A stretch of DNA of 64,000 nucleotides, taken from positions 41,989 to 105,988 of the forward strand of contig CAYNSW010000006.1 in NCBI GenBank assembly GCA_964400135.1. The letters are read 5' to 3'. Below the pieces are notes generated by a model that saw only the letters and a program-made list of their open reading frames with translations, searched no databases and was not told the origin of the DNA. The translations under genes were made by a program, and so were the position numbers. Positions 1 through 9,700 of the stretch are shown piece by piece; the first letter of the stretch is position 1, and every line of letters begins with the position of its first letter. The DNA is from an uncultured Rubrivivax sp. Lineage in GTDB: Bacteria > Pseudomonadota > Gammaproteobacteria > Burkholderiales > Burkholderiaceae_C.

Positions 1-1
1 T

Positions 2-226
2 ATCGACCCCCTGTCACTTTGGCTGAACTTGGAGGCCAATGTAGTGGTTCAGCATGAGCCGTTCGTCGCCGATTTGTCTGCCCAACTCGACCATGCTTTC
101 GGGCAATCGTTAGAGGTCAGTGCTCCGTCTGTGCCTGCTGGGTGGCGTGCGCGTCTCATGCGCTGGTTGGTCGCCTCGGTGGCCAATACCTATCTGCGAC
201 TGGCGGGAATGAACAGCCGTTACTGA
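2..226 (+). CDS. clsB: Cardiolipin synthase (ClsB-like), C-terminal fragment truncated by the window edge
   Basis: Frame from position 2 reads IDPLSLWLNLEANVVV, matching the segment after the second HKD motif of cardiolipin synthases; stop at 226. Confidence 0.7.
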   Translation: MDPLSLWLNLEANVVVQHEPFVADLSAQLDHAFGQSLEVSAPSVPAGWRARLMRWLVASVANTYLRLAGMNSRY

Positions 227-232
227 AAGCAC

Positions 233-1330
233 ATGCCTCTGTCCGTGAGTCATTCACCACCCACCCCTACCGCAATCCGTGTCACCCAAGAGGACGACGA
301 TCTGGTGGTGCTCAGGCCCCAGGGCCTGTACTGCCCGGCCGGCGACTTTTACATTGACCCATGGCGCCCCGTGGAGCGGGCCGTCATCACCCATGGACAC
401 GCTGATCACGCTCGACGCGGACACGCCCATTACCTGGCTCAGGAAGATGGTGTGCCCATCTTGCATACGCGACTGGGCCCCATTTCCGCACAAGGATTGC
501 CCTACGCACAGCCCTTGCGGGTGGGGCAAGCCGAGATCAGTCTTCACCCGGCTGGGCATGTTTTGGGGTCTGCGCAGGTTCGAATCGCCGTGCAGGGTCA
601 GGTCTGGGTGGTGTCGGGTGATTACCATGTCAGCGCAGCGGGCGATACCAACCGTACCTGTGTACCCTTTGAACCTCAACGGTGTGATTGCTTCATCACC
701 GAGAGCACCTTCGGCCTGCCCGTGTATCGCTGGCCTGCCCAGGAGGAGGTCTTCAGGCAGATCAACGATTGGTGGCAGGCTCAGGCGAAGGCCGGACGTC
801 CCTGTGTGGTCTATGCCTACGGACTGGGCAAGGCGCAGCGGGTTTTACAAGGGTTGTCCACGGATATCGGCCCGATCGCTGTACACCCCTCCATCGAGCC
901 ATTGAACGAAATCTACCGCCAGGCGGGGTACCGCCTACCGGCCACCCGACCCATGTCGCAGGTGCTGGCGGACCCTGATGCCGTCAACACCCTGCTGCTG
1001 TTGCCGCCAGCGGCACAGCGCACGAGCTGGCCGTTGCGATGGCGCGAGCATCGCGATGCTTGGGTCAGTGGCTGGATGCAATTGCGTGCAGCGCGTCGTC
1101 GTCAAGGGGTAGATCGTGGGTTTGTCCTGAGCGACCACGCCGATTGGCCGGGGCTGCAACGCGCCATTGAGGCCACTGAGGCCACCCGTGTGGTGGTCAC
1201 CCACGGGCACGAGGCTGCCTTGGTGCAGGTGCTTCGAGAGCGAGGGCTCCATGCGCATGGATTGGTCACGCAGTTCGACTATGGAGAGTCGGATGATGAG
1301 CAACACCTGTCCCAAGTTAAGCAGGCATGA
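233..1330 (+). CDS. Ligase-associated DNA damage response exonuclease (metallo-beta-lactamase/beta-CASP-like)
   Basis: GLYCPAGDFYIDPW, THGHADH, AGHVLGSAQ, ESTFGLP, LSDHADW motifs; directly upstream of an ATP-dependent ligase. Confidence 0.92.
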   Translation: MPLSVSHSPPTPTAIRVTQEDDDLVVLRPQGLYCPAGDFYIDPWRPVERAVITHGHADHARRGHAHYLAQEDGVPILHTRLGPISAQGLPYAQPLRVGQAEISLHPAGHVLGSAQVRIAVQGQVWVVSGDYHVSAAGDTNRTCVPFEPQRCDCFITESTFGLPVYRWPAQEEVFRQINDWWQAQAKAGRPCVVYAYGLGKAQRVLQGLSTDIGPIAVHPSIEPLNEIYRQAGYRLPATRPMSQVLADPDAVNTLLLLPPAAQRTSWPLRWREHRDAWVSGWMQLRAARRRQGVDRGFVLSDHADWPGLQRAIEATEATRVVVTHGHEAALVQVLRERGLHAHGLVTQFDYGESDDEQHLSQVKQA

Positions 1331-1337
1331 TCGACCC

Positions 1338-3128
1338 ATGCGCCGCTTTGCCCAGCTCTTCGATGATTTAGACGGCACCACCTCAACGACCGCCAAGGTC
1401 CAGCTGCTGGTCGACTACTTCAGGCATGCTCAGGCAGCCGATGCAGCCTGGGCGGTGTACTTCCTGTGTGGAGGACGTCCGCAGCGGCTGGTGACCACCC
1501 GCCGCTTAAGAGAGCTGGCCTGCCGGGTTTCAGGTATGGCGCCCTGGCTGTTCGAGGCATGCTACGAACGTGTGGGAGACCTGGCGGAGACCATTGCCCT
1601 GGTGGTCTGGCCTGCTCATGCCGATCCGCTGAAGACCGAACCGCATGGGTCGGACGGTGGCATGGAAGACAACGAAGGATTGGCCCAGTGGGTAGAGCAA
1701 CGAATCTTGGGTCTGCGCTTACTCGACCCGGAGTTGCAGGATCGTCGTATTGAGACCGCCTGGAAAGCGTTGGACGTGCGCGGGCGGTTGCTCTTCATCA
1801 AGCTCATCGCCGGCGGCTTTCGTGTGGGAGTGAGCCGACTGCTGGTTCAGCGGGCTGTGGCTCAAGTCAGCGGGCTGGAGTCCGGCCTGATAGCACAGCG
1901 CCTCATGGGGTGGACCGATAAGCGTTTTCAACCCACGGCACAGCACTATGCCGACCTGATGGCTCCTGTGGGATCGGCATCATCGCCGCATGACCTGGGC
2001 AGCCAGCCCTACCCCTTCTTTCTGGCGCACCCCTGGGAGCTGCAGACCCCCGATGGTCACGAAGGCGCCTTAGGTGAGGTTGGGCAGTGGATGGTGGAGT
2101 GGAAGTACGACGGAATACGGGCTCAGGTGATCAGACGCCAGGGCCAGTGTTGGATTTGGACACGAGGCGAAGAGCTCGTCACACCACGTTTTCCGGAGGT
2201 GAGCCAAGCCGCTGCCGGCTGGCCAGATGGAACGGTGCTGGATGGCGAACTGCTGGCGTGGCCCGACGGGTCGGACCGGCCGCTGCCCTTTCAGCAGTTG
2301 CAGCAGCGCATTACACGTCAGAGGCTCACTCCCAAGATCTTGCAGCAGATCCCGGTTTGCTTTGTGGCCTACGACCTGCTGGAAGAAGAAGGCGTGGACT
2401 GCCGCGGCCTCCCTCAGCAACAGCGGCGATCTCGGTTGGAGAGCCTGGCTGACGCACGGGGCATCCGTGTGGCCGACCAACTCATTGCGTCATCTTGGCA
2501 GGCCTGCAGCCAATGGCGCACGCAGGCTCGAAACCGAGGCGTTGAGGGCCTGATGCTCAAGCACCGTCAATCGCCTTACGGCATTGGGCGACGTAAAGAG
2601 CAGGGCGCGGGACTCGCAGGGTGGCTGAAGTGGAAGTTGGAGCCCTACACCGTGGATGCCGTCTTGATGTACGCGCAGGCGGGGCACGGCAAGCGTGCGG
2701 GTCTTTATACCGACTACACCTTCGCGGTATGGAGCCGGCCTCCCGCCGACCTACAGGAAGCGCAGGAGGTGGCCGAGGCCATTGCGCGGCGACAGCCGCC
2801 CGTAGCCGGCGCATTGCAACTGGTCAGCCTGGCCAAAGCCTATTCGGGCCTGACCCAAGCGGAGATCACTCGACTCGACAAGATCATCAGGCAGACCACG
2901 GTCGAGAAGTTTGGTCCGGTGCGAAGCGTCAAGCCCCAGTTGGTTTTCGAACTCGGCTTTGAGGCGATGCAGCGCAGTGCCCGTCACCGAAGTGGCTGGG
3001 CACTGCGCTTTCCGCGGATCCTGCGGTGGCGCCATGACAAGCTCTTGCACGAAGCCGATTCGATTCTCACCTTGCACTCGCTTCTGCCCAGCTCTACGGG
3101 CACCGTATCGGCAACCTCCGATGCCTAG
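1338..3128 (+). CDS. ATP-dependent DNA ligase (ligase-associated DNA damage response type)
   Basis: EWKYDGIRAQ adenylation motif, VLDGEL, EGLMLK, WLKWK, GLYTDYTF, LRFPRI; start taken at MRRFAQLF. Confidence 0.95.
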   Translation: MRRFAQLFDDLDGTTSTTAKVQLLVDYFRHAQAADAAWAVYFLCGGRPQRLVTTRRLRELACRVSGMAPWLFEACYERVGDLAETIALVVWPAHADPLKTEPHGSDGGMEDNEGLAQWVEQRILGLRLLDPELQDRRIETAWKALDVRGRLLFIKLIAGGFRVGVSRLLVQRAVAQVSGLESGLIAQRLMGWTDKRFQPTAQHYADLMAPVGSASSPHDLGSQPYPFFLAHPWELQTPDGHEGALGEVGQWMVEWKYDGIRAQVIRRQGQCWIWTRGEELVTPRFPEVSQAAAGWPDGTVLDGELLAWPDGSDRPLPFQQLQQRITRQRLTPKILQQIPVCFVAYDLLEEEGVDCRGLPQQQRRSRLESLADARGIRVADQLIASSWQACSQWRTQARNRGVEGLMLKHRQSPYGIGRRKEQGAGLAGWLKWKLEPYTVDAVLMYAQAGHGKRAGLYTDYTFAVWSRPPADLQEAQEVAEAIARRQPPVAGALQLVSLAKAYSGLTQAEITRLDKIIRQTTVEKFGPVRSVKPQLVFELGFEAMQRSARHRSGWALRFPRILRWRHDKLLHEADSILTLHSLLPSSTGTVSATSDA

Positions 3129-3134
3129 AGATGA

Positions 3135-3473
3135 TCAGTGAGAGGCCGGCCCGGCGCGCTGAGGATGCAGGGTTCGCAGGCACCGCGCAATGAGCACCGC
3201 GGCCACAACAAAAAACACCAACGCCAATCCAGCGGCCCAGACGACTCTTTGATCGGGGGGCACACTCCACAGCAAGGCGGCAAGGGCCAAGGCCAGGCCG
3301 AGGATCAAGGCCACCAGAGCCAGGCTGGCCTGCCACCACCACTGCAACAGCTGACGCTGCCGCGCTTGCAAATAGGCAGCTGCCAGCTCGACGACGGTAG
3401 CGGCTGTTTGCGATGCGTGTTGGAGCCACCGTCTGAACACAGACGCCGCCAGTATCACCGACCAACCGATCAA
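3135..3473 (-). CDS. YqjE-like small membrane protein (phage holin family-like domain)
   Basis: Two hydrophobic segments; 4-bp overlap with the upstream ElaB/YqjD gene, the usual yqjD-yqjE order. Confidence 0.6.
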   Translation of the reverse strand: MIGWSVILAASVFRRWLQHASQTAATVVELAAAYLQARQRQLLQWWWQASLALVALILGLALALAALLWSVPPDQRVVWAAGLALVFFVVAAVLIARCLRTLHPQRAGPASH

Positions 3474-3796
3474 CGGCGCGCGGCCAGGAATCCGATGAGC
3501 AAACCGGCTGCGGCTGCCACACCCATAGCGCTGTAGGGATGAGCTTGAACTGTCTGATCGGCTTTCATGGCGGCGCGCTTGACACGCTCGACGGTGGCCT
3601 CGTTGAGCTCATCGAGTTGAGACCTCATTTCGCGTACCTGATGGGCAAGCTTTTCTCGAACGGCATCGAGCCGCTGATCTCCGCTGGCCGCCGCCGACTT
3701 GAGGAAATGATCGATCTCATCGACCATATGGCGCAAGCTGTCGCCCACGCCGTGGGCACCGTTTGATGTGAGAGCGGGACGTGTAGAGGTATCCAT
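3470..3796 (-). CDS. ElaB/YqjD (DUF883) tail-anchored ribosome-binding protein
   Basis: C-terminal HPYSAMGVAAAAGLLIGFLAARR signature; start at MDTST after an aaagga RBS on the minus strand. Confidence 0.85.
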   Translation of the reverse strand: MDTSTRPALTSNGAHGVGDSLRHMVDEIDHFLKSAAASGDQRLDAVREKLAHQVREMRSQLDELNEATVERVKRAAMKADQTVQAHPYSAMGVAAAAGLLIGFLAARR

Positions 3797-3971
3797 TGCT
3801 GTCCTTTCGTGGCTGAGTTGTGGAGGGCTGCACAGTGCAAGCCCTGAGCATGGCGCTAACAGCGGGTGTTGACCTTGAGCAGGCACACAGATGGGATGCA
3901 GGGCGAATGGCGAAGCTGCGGCACTGGAGTGCCAAATCAGGTAGTCTTGGGCGATGTTGTCTGAAAATCGC

Positions 3972-4850
3972 ATGCCGTTCGAGAGTCTGCAAGCGCCTGC
4001 CGAAGACTGGATGACCTCGGCGGGCCGCCTGCGGGTTTATCGAGCCGGACAAGGGCCTGCGCTACTGCTATTGCACAGCGTCAATGCCGTGGCCTCGGCC
4101 GCTGAAGTTCGGCCCCTCTTTGAAGCGCTGCAGGGCTGTCGAACCGTCTATGCCATTGACTTGCCGGGATTTGGCAGATCCGACAGGAGTGACCGTCCGT
4201 ATACGGTGGCACTCATGACCGATGCGCTACAGGCTGTAGGCGAGCGGATTCGCGCGCAGCATGAGGCCGGTACGCTCGACGCTCTGGCGTTGTCGTTAAG
4301 TTGTGAATTTCTGGCCCGAGCGGCGACCCAACAGCCCCGGGATTGGGGGCGCCTGGCCTTGGTCAGTCCTACGGGGTTTCAAGGCGCTCAACCCCGAACA
4401 GGGGCTGCAGGGTCCACAGCGGAAGTGCCGGGCATGATCAAGCTGCTGCGCTGGGGAGGTCTGGGGCGCAGAGCCTTCTGGGCACTGACCCGGCCCTCGG
4501 TGATTCGCTATTTCCTGAGGCGCACATTTGGACGTGAGCAAATCGATGAGCAGTTGTGGCGAGATGGCGTTCAGGCCGCCCAGGCGCCGGGTGCGCATTG
4601 GGCGCCGCTTTACTTTCTCAGTGGTGCTCTGTTCAGCCGCGACATTTTGAGCGTCTACACCCAACTGCAGCAGCCCGTGTGGGTGAGCCACGGCGTTCGC
4701 GGGGACTTCACCGACTATCGCCAAGTCCAAGCCGTTCAGCACTTGCCCGGGTGGTCCGTCGGCGTGTTCGACTCCGGTGCCATTCCCTTTTTCGAGCAAG
4801 AACAGCGCTTTATCGGCGCGCTCAAGGAGTTTTGGGCAACTTACCCTTAG
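3972..4850 (+). CDS. Alpha/beta fold hydrolase
   Basis: LLLLHSVNA, AIDLPGFGRSD, ALSLS elbow; the elbow and C-terminal catalytic His region look atypical. Confidence 0.75.
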   Translation: MPFESLQAPAEDWMTSAGRLRVYRAGQGPALLLLHSVNAVASAAEVRPLFEALQGCRTVYAIDLPGFGRSDRSDRPYTVALMTDALQAVGERIRAQHEAGTLDALALSLSCEFLARAATQQPRDWGRLALVSPTGFQGAQPRTGAAGSTAEVPGMIKLLRWGGLGRRAFWALTRPSVIRYFLRRTFGREQIDEQLWRDGVQAAQAPGAHWAPLYFLSGALFSRDILSVYTQLQQPVWVSHGVRGDFTDYRQVQAVQHLPGWSVGVFDSGAIPFFEQEQRFIGALKEFWATYP

Positions 4851-6226
4851 TCTGCGCTCAAACTGGCCACGGCCTGTCCGTAGGCCTCGGCCAGAGAGTC
4901 AGCTAGGATGTGCCGCCCTTGATTGACCACCGTCTTGCCGGCGACACCCACTTGGATAAAGCGGGGCAGGTCACAGGCAAACATCAGCGCCTCAAGCGTG
5001 CGCGCACCAGGTACGCCAAGCAGACCCGGGGAGAGGGGGTCTACCACCAGCCAGTCGGCCCGGGCGCCGGGGCGTAGGCCCCAACAGCTCAATCCAGCTG
5101 GCGCTGGCGCGGCTGCTTGAATGCGCTGCCACAGGTTTTGGGCTGTGGAGCTCATCCCGCTGGTCGGGTGCGCCGCCACATTACGGCGGTGCAGGGCCAG
5201 TCGCTGGCCATATTCGAGCCAGCGCAGTTCCAGCAGGCCGTTGCGGCACACGTGGCTGTCTGACCCCACTGAGATGGAAACTCCGGCCTGCAGCCACGAA
5301 GGCAGATCACACACGCCATCGCCCAAATCGGCCTCCGTTGTCGGACACACCACGATGCCAGCGCCTTGCCGTGCAACAGCTTCAATCTCGGCGGCTACGG
5401 TGTGGGTGGCATGTACCAAATGCCAGCGTGAGTCCAGCCCAACCTGCCGGGTGAGCCACTCGATGGGTCGCATTCCGGTACTTGCCAGGCAGTCTTGAAC
5501 CTCGGCGACCTGCTCAGCCACGTGGATATGGATGGGCCATGCTTCCTCACTCACCGCCTTGTGGATGGTCTGTATGGACTCGGGCATACAGGCGCGCAGG
5601 GAGTGCAAGGCCAGCCCCACGCGTTGAGTGGTGGAGCACGATTGGCTCAACGTACGCGCCATTTCCAGAATCTGGTCTACCTGGCTGCCAAAGCGTCGTT
5701 GGTCGGGGCGCAAAGCCGACTGTGAGAAACCAGCCCGTTCATACAGCACCGGCAGCATGGTCAGTCCGATACCAACGTCTTGCGCTGCTTTGATCAGGGC
5801 ATGACTCATGCACAGCACATCGTCGTAGGGTTGCCCCCCGGGTTGGTGGTGCAGGTAATGAAACTCGCACACGTGGGTATAGCCGCCTTCAAGCATCTCG
5901 GCGTACAACTGTGCGGCGACGCTGTACAGGGCTTGTGGACTGATCTGGAGCGCTACCCGGTACATCCGATCGCGCCAGCTCCAGAAATCGTCCTGGTCAG
6001 CGTGCCGCTCCTGCGTCCAGGCAGCGATGCAGCGCTGAAAGGCATGACTGTGGGCGTTGACCACGCCCGGGAGCACCGGCCCGGGCAGCCGCTCGGCTTG
6101 CGGCGGACAAGGACAGTTCGACTCGATCGATCCAAACTGGCCCTGGTCGGTAATCTCCAGCCTGACCCGCTCATGCCATCGGCCATCCCACCAGGCCCAG
6201 GGGGCCCACAGTACACGTGCGCTCAA
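4847..6226 (-). CDS. hutF: Formimidoylglutamate deiminase
   Basis: NAHSHAFQR, CEFHYLHH, HIHVAEQ, CPTTEADLGDG, GSDSH; hut context. Confidence 0.93.
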   Translation of the reverse strand: MSARVLWAPWAWWDGRWHERVRLEITDQGQFGSIESNCPCPPQAERLPGPVLPGVVNAHSHAFQRCIAAWTQERHADQDDFWSWRDRMYRVALQISPQALYSVAAQLYAEMLEGGYTHVCEFHYLHHQPGGQPYDDVLCMSHALIKAAQDVGIGLTMLPVLYERAGFSQSALRPDQRRFGSQVDQILEMARTLSQSCSTTQRVGLALHSLRACMPESIQTIHKAVSEEAWPIHIHVAEQVAEVQDCLASTGMRPIEWLTRQVGLDSRWHLVHATHTVAAEIEAVARQGAGIVVCPTTEADLGDGVCDLPSWLQAGVSISVGSDSHVCRNGLLELRWLEYGQRLALHRRNVAAHPTSGMSSTAQNLWQRIQAAAPAPAGLSCWGLRPGARADWLVVDPLSPGLLGVPGARTLEALMFACDLPRFIQVGVAGKTVVNQGRHILADSLAEAYGQAVASLSAD

Positions 6227-7011
6227 GTGGGTCTCCAGCTTGCCAGCGTCTGGATCAATCGAGTCAGCAGCGGCCTCACCTCCTGCGCTTTGGCCTCATG
6301 CCACTGGTAGGGAGCTGTCTCGTCCATGTACGAGCCCCAGCACATCTCCAATTGCACGGCATGTAGGCCTTCATGCGGGCGTCCGTAACGCCGGGTGATG
6401 TATCCCCCTTTGAAGCGGCCATCCACCACATGGCTGTAGCGGGCTTGTGAGCTGAAGATCTCAGCCAGGGCCTCGCGTAGCGAGGGCGCGCAACTGTGGC
6501 CGTCTACCGTGCCCAAGTTCATGTCGGGCAGACGACCCTCAAACAGCCAGGGCAACTCACCCTTGATACTGTGCGCATCAAACAGTACCGCATGCCCGTG
6601 AAGCCTCTTGAGGCGTGCGAGTTCGTCTTCGAGAGCTTGGTGGTAGGGCATCCAATACGCTTGCACGCGCTGCTCCACCTCCGCTTGGGTGGGAGCCTGT
6701 TCTGGCAGATACAGGTCCTCGCCAGTGAAGAACCGGGTGGGGCACAACTCGGTGTTGTTTCGCCCGGGATACATGGGCAGGTTTTCGCGCGGCCGATTCA
6801 AGTCGATCACATAGCGACTCTCATTGGGCACGATGAGACCGGCGCCCAGAGCGGTCACGAATCCGTACAGCCGGTCCAAGAACCAATCGGTATCCTCGGC
6901 TTCCAGTGCCCGGGGAACCAAGCGCAGGCGCAAGGGAGGTGGAATTTCGGTGCCCACATGCGGCATGCTCACCAGCAGCGGGGTGGTGCCTGGAATCAAG
7001 GTAAAGCTCAT
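6223..7011 (-). CDS. hutG: N-formylglutamate deformylase
   Basis: PLLVSMPHVGT, DTDW, SRYVIDLNRP, DAHSI, GRFKGGYITR, HAVQLEM. Confidence 0.93.
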   Translation of the reverse strand: MSFTLIPGTTPLLVSMPHVGTEIPPPLRLRLVPRALEAEDTDWFLDRLYGFVTALGAGLIVPNESRYVIDLNRPRENLPMYPGRNNTELCPTRFFTGEDLYLPEQAPTQAEVEQRVQAYWMPYHQALEDELARLKRLHGHAVLFDAHSIKGELPWLFEGRLPDMNLGTVDGHSCAPSLREALAEIFSSQARYSHVVDGRFKGGYITRRYGRPHEGLHAVQLEMCWGSYMDETAPYQWHEAKAQEVRPLLTRLIQTLASWRPT

Positions 7012-8243
7012 GGGAGAAGACTCCGGCGCTGTCCGGCCAAGACGCTGTACAGACACGGATTGTGACCAAATTGATAGGCCAGCTCACGAGGATGGTCCGC
7101 ATCCCACACTGCCATATCGGCTCGGCATCCTGCTGCCAGGCGCCCACGGTCATTCAACCCCAGGGCACGGGCTGCGTGCACCGTGATGCCTTGCCACGCT
7201 TCCAAGGGTGTGAGGCGAAACAAGGTACACGCCATATTGAGCATGAGCAGCAACGAGTAACCGGGTGCGGACCCCGGGTTGTGGTCTGTGGCCAGGGCCA
7301 TGGGAACACCGGCGCGACGCAAGCCTTCGATGGGTGGCAGTTGGGTGTCGCGCAAGAAGTAGTAGGCGGCTGGAAGCAGCACCGCCACGGTGCCGCTGCG
7401 CGCCATGGCGGCAATTCCGGCGTCACTCAGGTGTTCCAGATGATCACAACTCAAGGCGCCAAACCGCGCCGCCAGTGCGGCGCCTTCTTGGTTGCTCAGT
7501 TGTTCCGCGTGCAGCTTGACTGGCAAGTTCAAAGCTTGCGCGGCGACCAGGACGCGCTCGGTCTGGGCAGGCGTGAAGCCGATACGGTCACAAAACACAT
7601 CCACTGCGTCCACCAGACCGGCTTGTTTTTGCGCGGGTAGCCAAGAGCAGACCTCGTCAATGTAGTCATCCGGTCGGTCGGCAAATTCCGGCGCAAGCGC
7701 ATGTGCGCCCAAGGAGGTGGTTCGCACTTCCAGTGGCAGCACATCAGCCAATCGACGTGCCACCCGGAGGCAGCGCGCCTCGTGTTCTGGGCTCAGCCCA
7801 TAGCCGGATTTGATTTCTAAGGTGGTCACACCTTGCGCGATCCAATGCCGGGCGCGCTTGACGGCCAGCCGCAGCAAAGTGGCTTCATCGGCCGCGCGCG
7901 TCGCCGAGACGGTCGACCGGATGCCACCGCCGGCGCGCGCAATGTCCTCGTAGGAGGCGCCTTCCAGTCGCAGCTCAAATTCGTGCGCTCGCTGGCCCGC
8001 ATAAACGAGATGGGTGTGCGGATCGATCAGGCCCGGTGTGAGCAAGGCGCCTTGCACATCGTGCTCAGGGCTGCGGCCAAACCGCTCTGGCCAACGCCCA
8101 TCAGGTCCCATCCACACAATGCGCCCTCCTTGGGTCACGATGGCCGCATCGCGCTGTTCACCCCACTGTCCTGGCGTGTCCAGAGCAAACACATGGGCAT
8201 GGCGCCAAATCAGAGCGTCGTCGTTGTGAGGGGTTGTGGTCAT
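7008..8243 (-). CDS. hutI: Imidazolonepropionase
   Basis: PGLIDPHTH, EIKSGYGL, KLHAEQLS, DHLEH, ATDHNPGS; ATGA overlaps with both neighbours. Confidence 0.95.
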   Translation of the reverse strand: MTTTPHNDDALIWRHAHVFALDTPGQWGEQRDAAIVTQGGRIVWMGPDGRWPERFGRSPEHDVQGALLTPGLIDPHTHLVYAGQRAHEFELRLEGASYEDIARAGGGIRSTVSATRAADEATLLRLAVKRARHWIAQGVTTLEIKSGYGLSPEHEARCLRVARRLADVLPLEVRTTSLGAHALAPEFADRPDDYIDEVCSWLPAQKQAGLVDAVDVFCDRIGFTPAQTERVLVAAQALNLPVKLHAEQLSNQEGAALAARFGALSCDHLEHLSDAGIAAMARSGTVAVLLPAAYYFLRDTQLPPIEGLRRAGVPMALATDHNPGSAPGYSLLLMLNMACTLFRLTPLEAWQGITVHAARALGLNDRGRLAAGCRADMAVWDADHPRELAYQFGHNPCLYSVLAGQRRSLLP

Positions 8244-8863
8244 CGGGGCTCCCATCCCATCCAGTACGCCAGACCCTGACTGTGCCAGGTGGGGCTGCAA
8301 GACATAGGAGCCTTGTCGGCCCACCACAGCAAGCTGGCTTGCGGTGTGTCCAGGCTTTGGTCGGGCCACTCCAGACGCCCCTCGTCCCAGCAAAAGATGG
8401 CCCACCAGCGAAATCCAGATCCCCAAGAGCTGCCAGAGCGCGCCCGCCGCATGTGCAGCCGACCCCGCTCGCGTCTGACCATGAAATTGAGGTCACGCGT
8501 GGGGCCGTTTTGCAATCGGCAATACACACTCAGTTCACCGCTGAACTCTATGGCCTCATCCGCACAGGACACTGCCCTCACATCAGCGGTATGACCCTGT
8601 GGGGCATTGCCCATGGCCAGCTGCACGCCCGCGCCCTGAACAACCGCAAACCCCCGATCAATGCCAGCGAAGGTGGAAAACGGTCCGTCCCGCTCAATGT
8701 CGGCCACGCTCACCCGCAGGTCCCAGTCCTGCGAGCCTTGAGCCAAGGGGGTGCGCGGCGTGGCAGCCCAGGTCAGCAACTCACGGGTCAGCCCCCCGCC
8801 GTTTTTCCAGGCCACAGCGGGGCAATCGGCCAGTCGAACCCGTTGCACGGCCTGAGAGCTCAT
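8240..8863 (-). CDS. hutD: HutD/Ves family protein
   Basis: WKNGGGLTREL, RVSVADIERDGPFSTFAGIDR, DLNFM. Confidence 0.9.
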   Translation of the reverse strand: MSSQAVQRVRLADCPAVAWKNGGGLTRELLTWAATPRTPLAQGSQDWDLRVSVADIERDGPFSTFAGIDRGFAVVQGAGVQLAMGNAPQGHTADVRAVSCADEAIEFSGELSVYCRLQNGPTRDLNFMVRRERGRLHMRRARSGSSWGSGFRWWAIFCWDEGRLEWPDQSLDTPQASLLWWADKAPMSCSPTWHSQGLAYWMGWEPR

Positions 8864-9612
8864 GGCTCAAAGGCCCCTTGCAGCTGATAGCGAGAGCCTG
8901 GGTAGACCAAGCGGGCCACGGTGATGGGATGCTCGCGTGTGAAGGTCCTGCGCACGACGATCAAACAGGGCTCTTGCCGGGCGATACCGAGCAGTTGCGC
9001 CTCTCGCGGGGTGGGGCAGGCCGCCTCAATCGCGTAGCGGGCGCTCCACAGGTCGGTATGTTCAAACAGATAGTGCGTTGGAGTCGTGCATGAGAAATCG
9101 GCTTGAAGATATCCGGGGGCGCATACGGGGTTGACAAAGCGATCCTCACATTGCAAGGGTCGGCCATCTTCAAAGTGCACAATCAGGGAGTGAAAGACGG
9201 GGCTGCCCACCGGGAGTCCCAGATCGCGGGCCAGCGCGGCACTCGCGCGCTCTTGCTGTTGGAGGTGTACCTGGGCGTGGTGGCGGTGTCCACGGGTTTC
9301 GATCTCCTCTTGCACGTCGCGCAAGGTCAAAGAACTGGACACCTTGTGCAATGACGAGGCGAAGGTCCCAACGCCTTGGACACGATGGATCAGCCCTTCT
9401 GACTGCAACTCGCGCAAGGCGCGGCTGACGGTCATGCGGCTGACCTGAAACCGCTGGACCAACTCGGCCTCTGAGGGCATGAGATCGCCTGCCGCCCAGT
9501 GACCCCGGGCCAAGTGTGACTTCAGGTAGGCCTTGACCCGCTGAAAGGGCGCCGAGGATCCCGCGCGGCGCCGTGCGGGAACCGGCTCAGCGTGGGCGTG
9601 AGGGATGGACAT
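8860..9612 (-). CDS. hutC: Histidine utilization repressor (GntR family, UTRA domain)
   Basis: [21 protein letters not shown] helix-turn-helix, QGVGTF, EDRFVNP; divergent from hutU. Confidence 0.93.
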   Translation of the reverse strand: MSIPHAHAEPVPARRRAGSSAPFQRVKAYLKSHLARGHWAAGDLMPSEAELVQRFQVSRMTVSRALRELQSEGLIHRVQGVGTFASSLHKVSSSLTLRDVQEEIETRGHRHHAQVHLQQQERASAALARDLGLPVGSPVFHSLIVHFEDGRPLQCEDRFVNPVCAPGYLQADFSCTTPTHYLFEHTDLWSARYAIEAACPTPREAQLLGIARQEPCLIVVRRTFTREHPITVARLVYPGSRYQLQGAFEP

Positions 9613-9618
9613 GCCACC

Positions 9619-9647
9619 ACTCTACTTGTCTAGACAAGTTGGGTCAA
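9619..9647 (-). promoter_or_regulatory. Sigma70 promoter of hutC: TTGACC-17 bp-TAGAGT, 6 nt before the ATG (leaderless)
   Basis: Plus-strand ggtcaa at 9642-9647 and actcta at 9619-9624; ATG at 9612. Confidence 0.7.
9624..9639. promoter_or_regulatory. HutC operator
   Basis: Perfect 16-bp palindrome ACTTGTCTAGACAAGT between divergent hutC and hutU; resembles the known TGTA-N2-TACA-type HutC box. Confidence 0.85.
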
Positions 9648-9659
9648 GCCCGATATCAT
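9631..9659 (+). promoter_or_regulatory. Sigma70 promoter of hutUH: TAGACA-17 bp-TATCAT
   Basis: -35-like TAGACA at 9631-9636 lies inside the operator; -10-like TATCAT at 9654-9659. Confidence 0.65.
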
Positions 9660-9700
9660 GTCGCGACGGCCCCCATGCGGCCGACCTTGGAGTGCTTGCC

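Noticed and set aside
3135-3473. Holin-family-like protein as a sign of a prophage
   Set aside because: It is paired with elaB/yqjD as in ordinary chromosomes; no phage genes nearby
7046-7055. TGTACAGACA, an 8/10 match to the HutC core, upstream of hutG
   Set aside because: It lies inside hutI coding sequence, has non-matching flanks and no nearby promoter, and hutG is ATGA-coupled to hutI; likely chance
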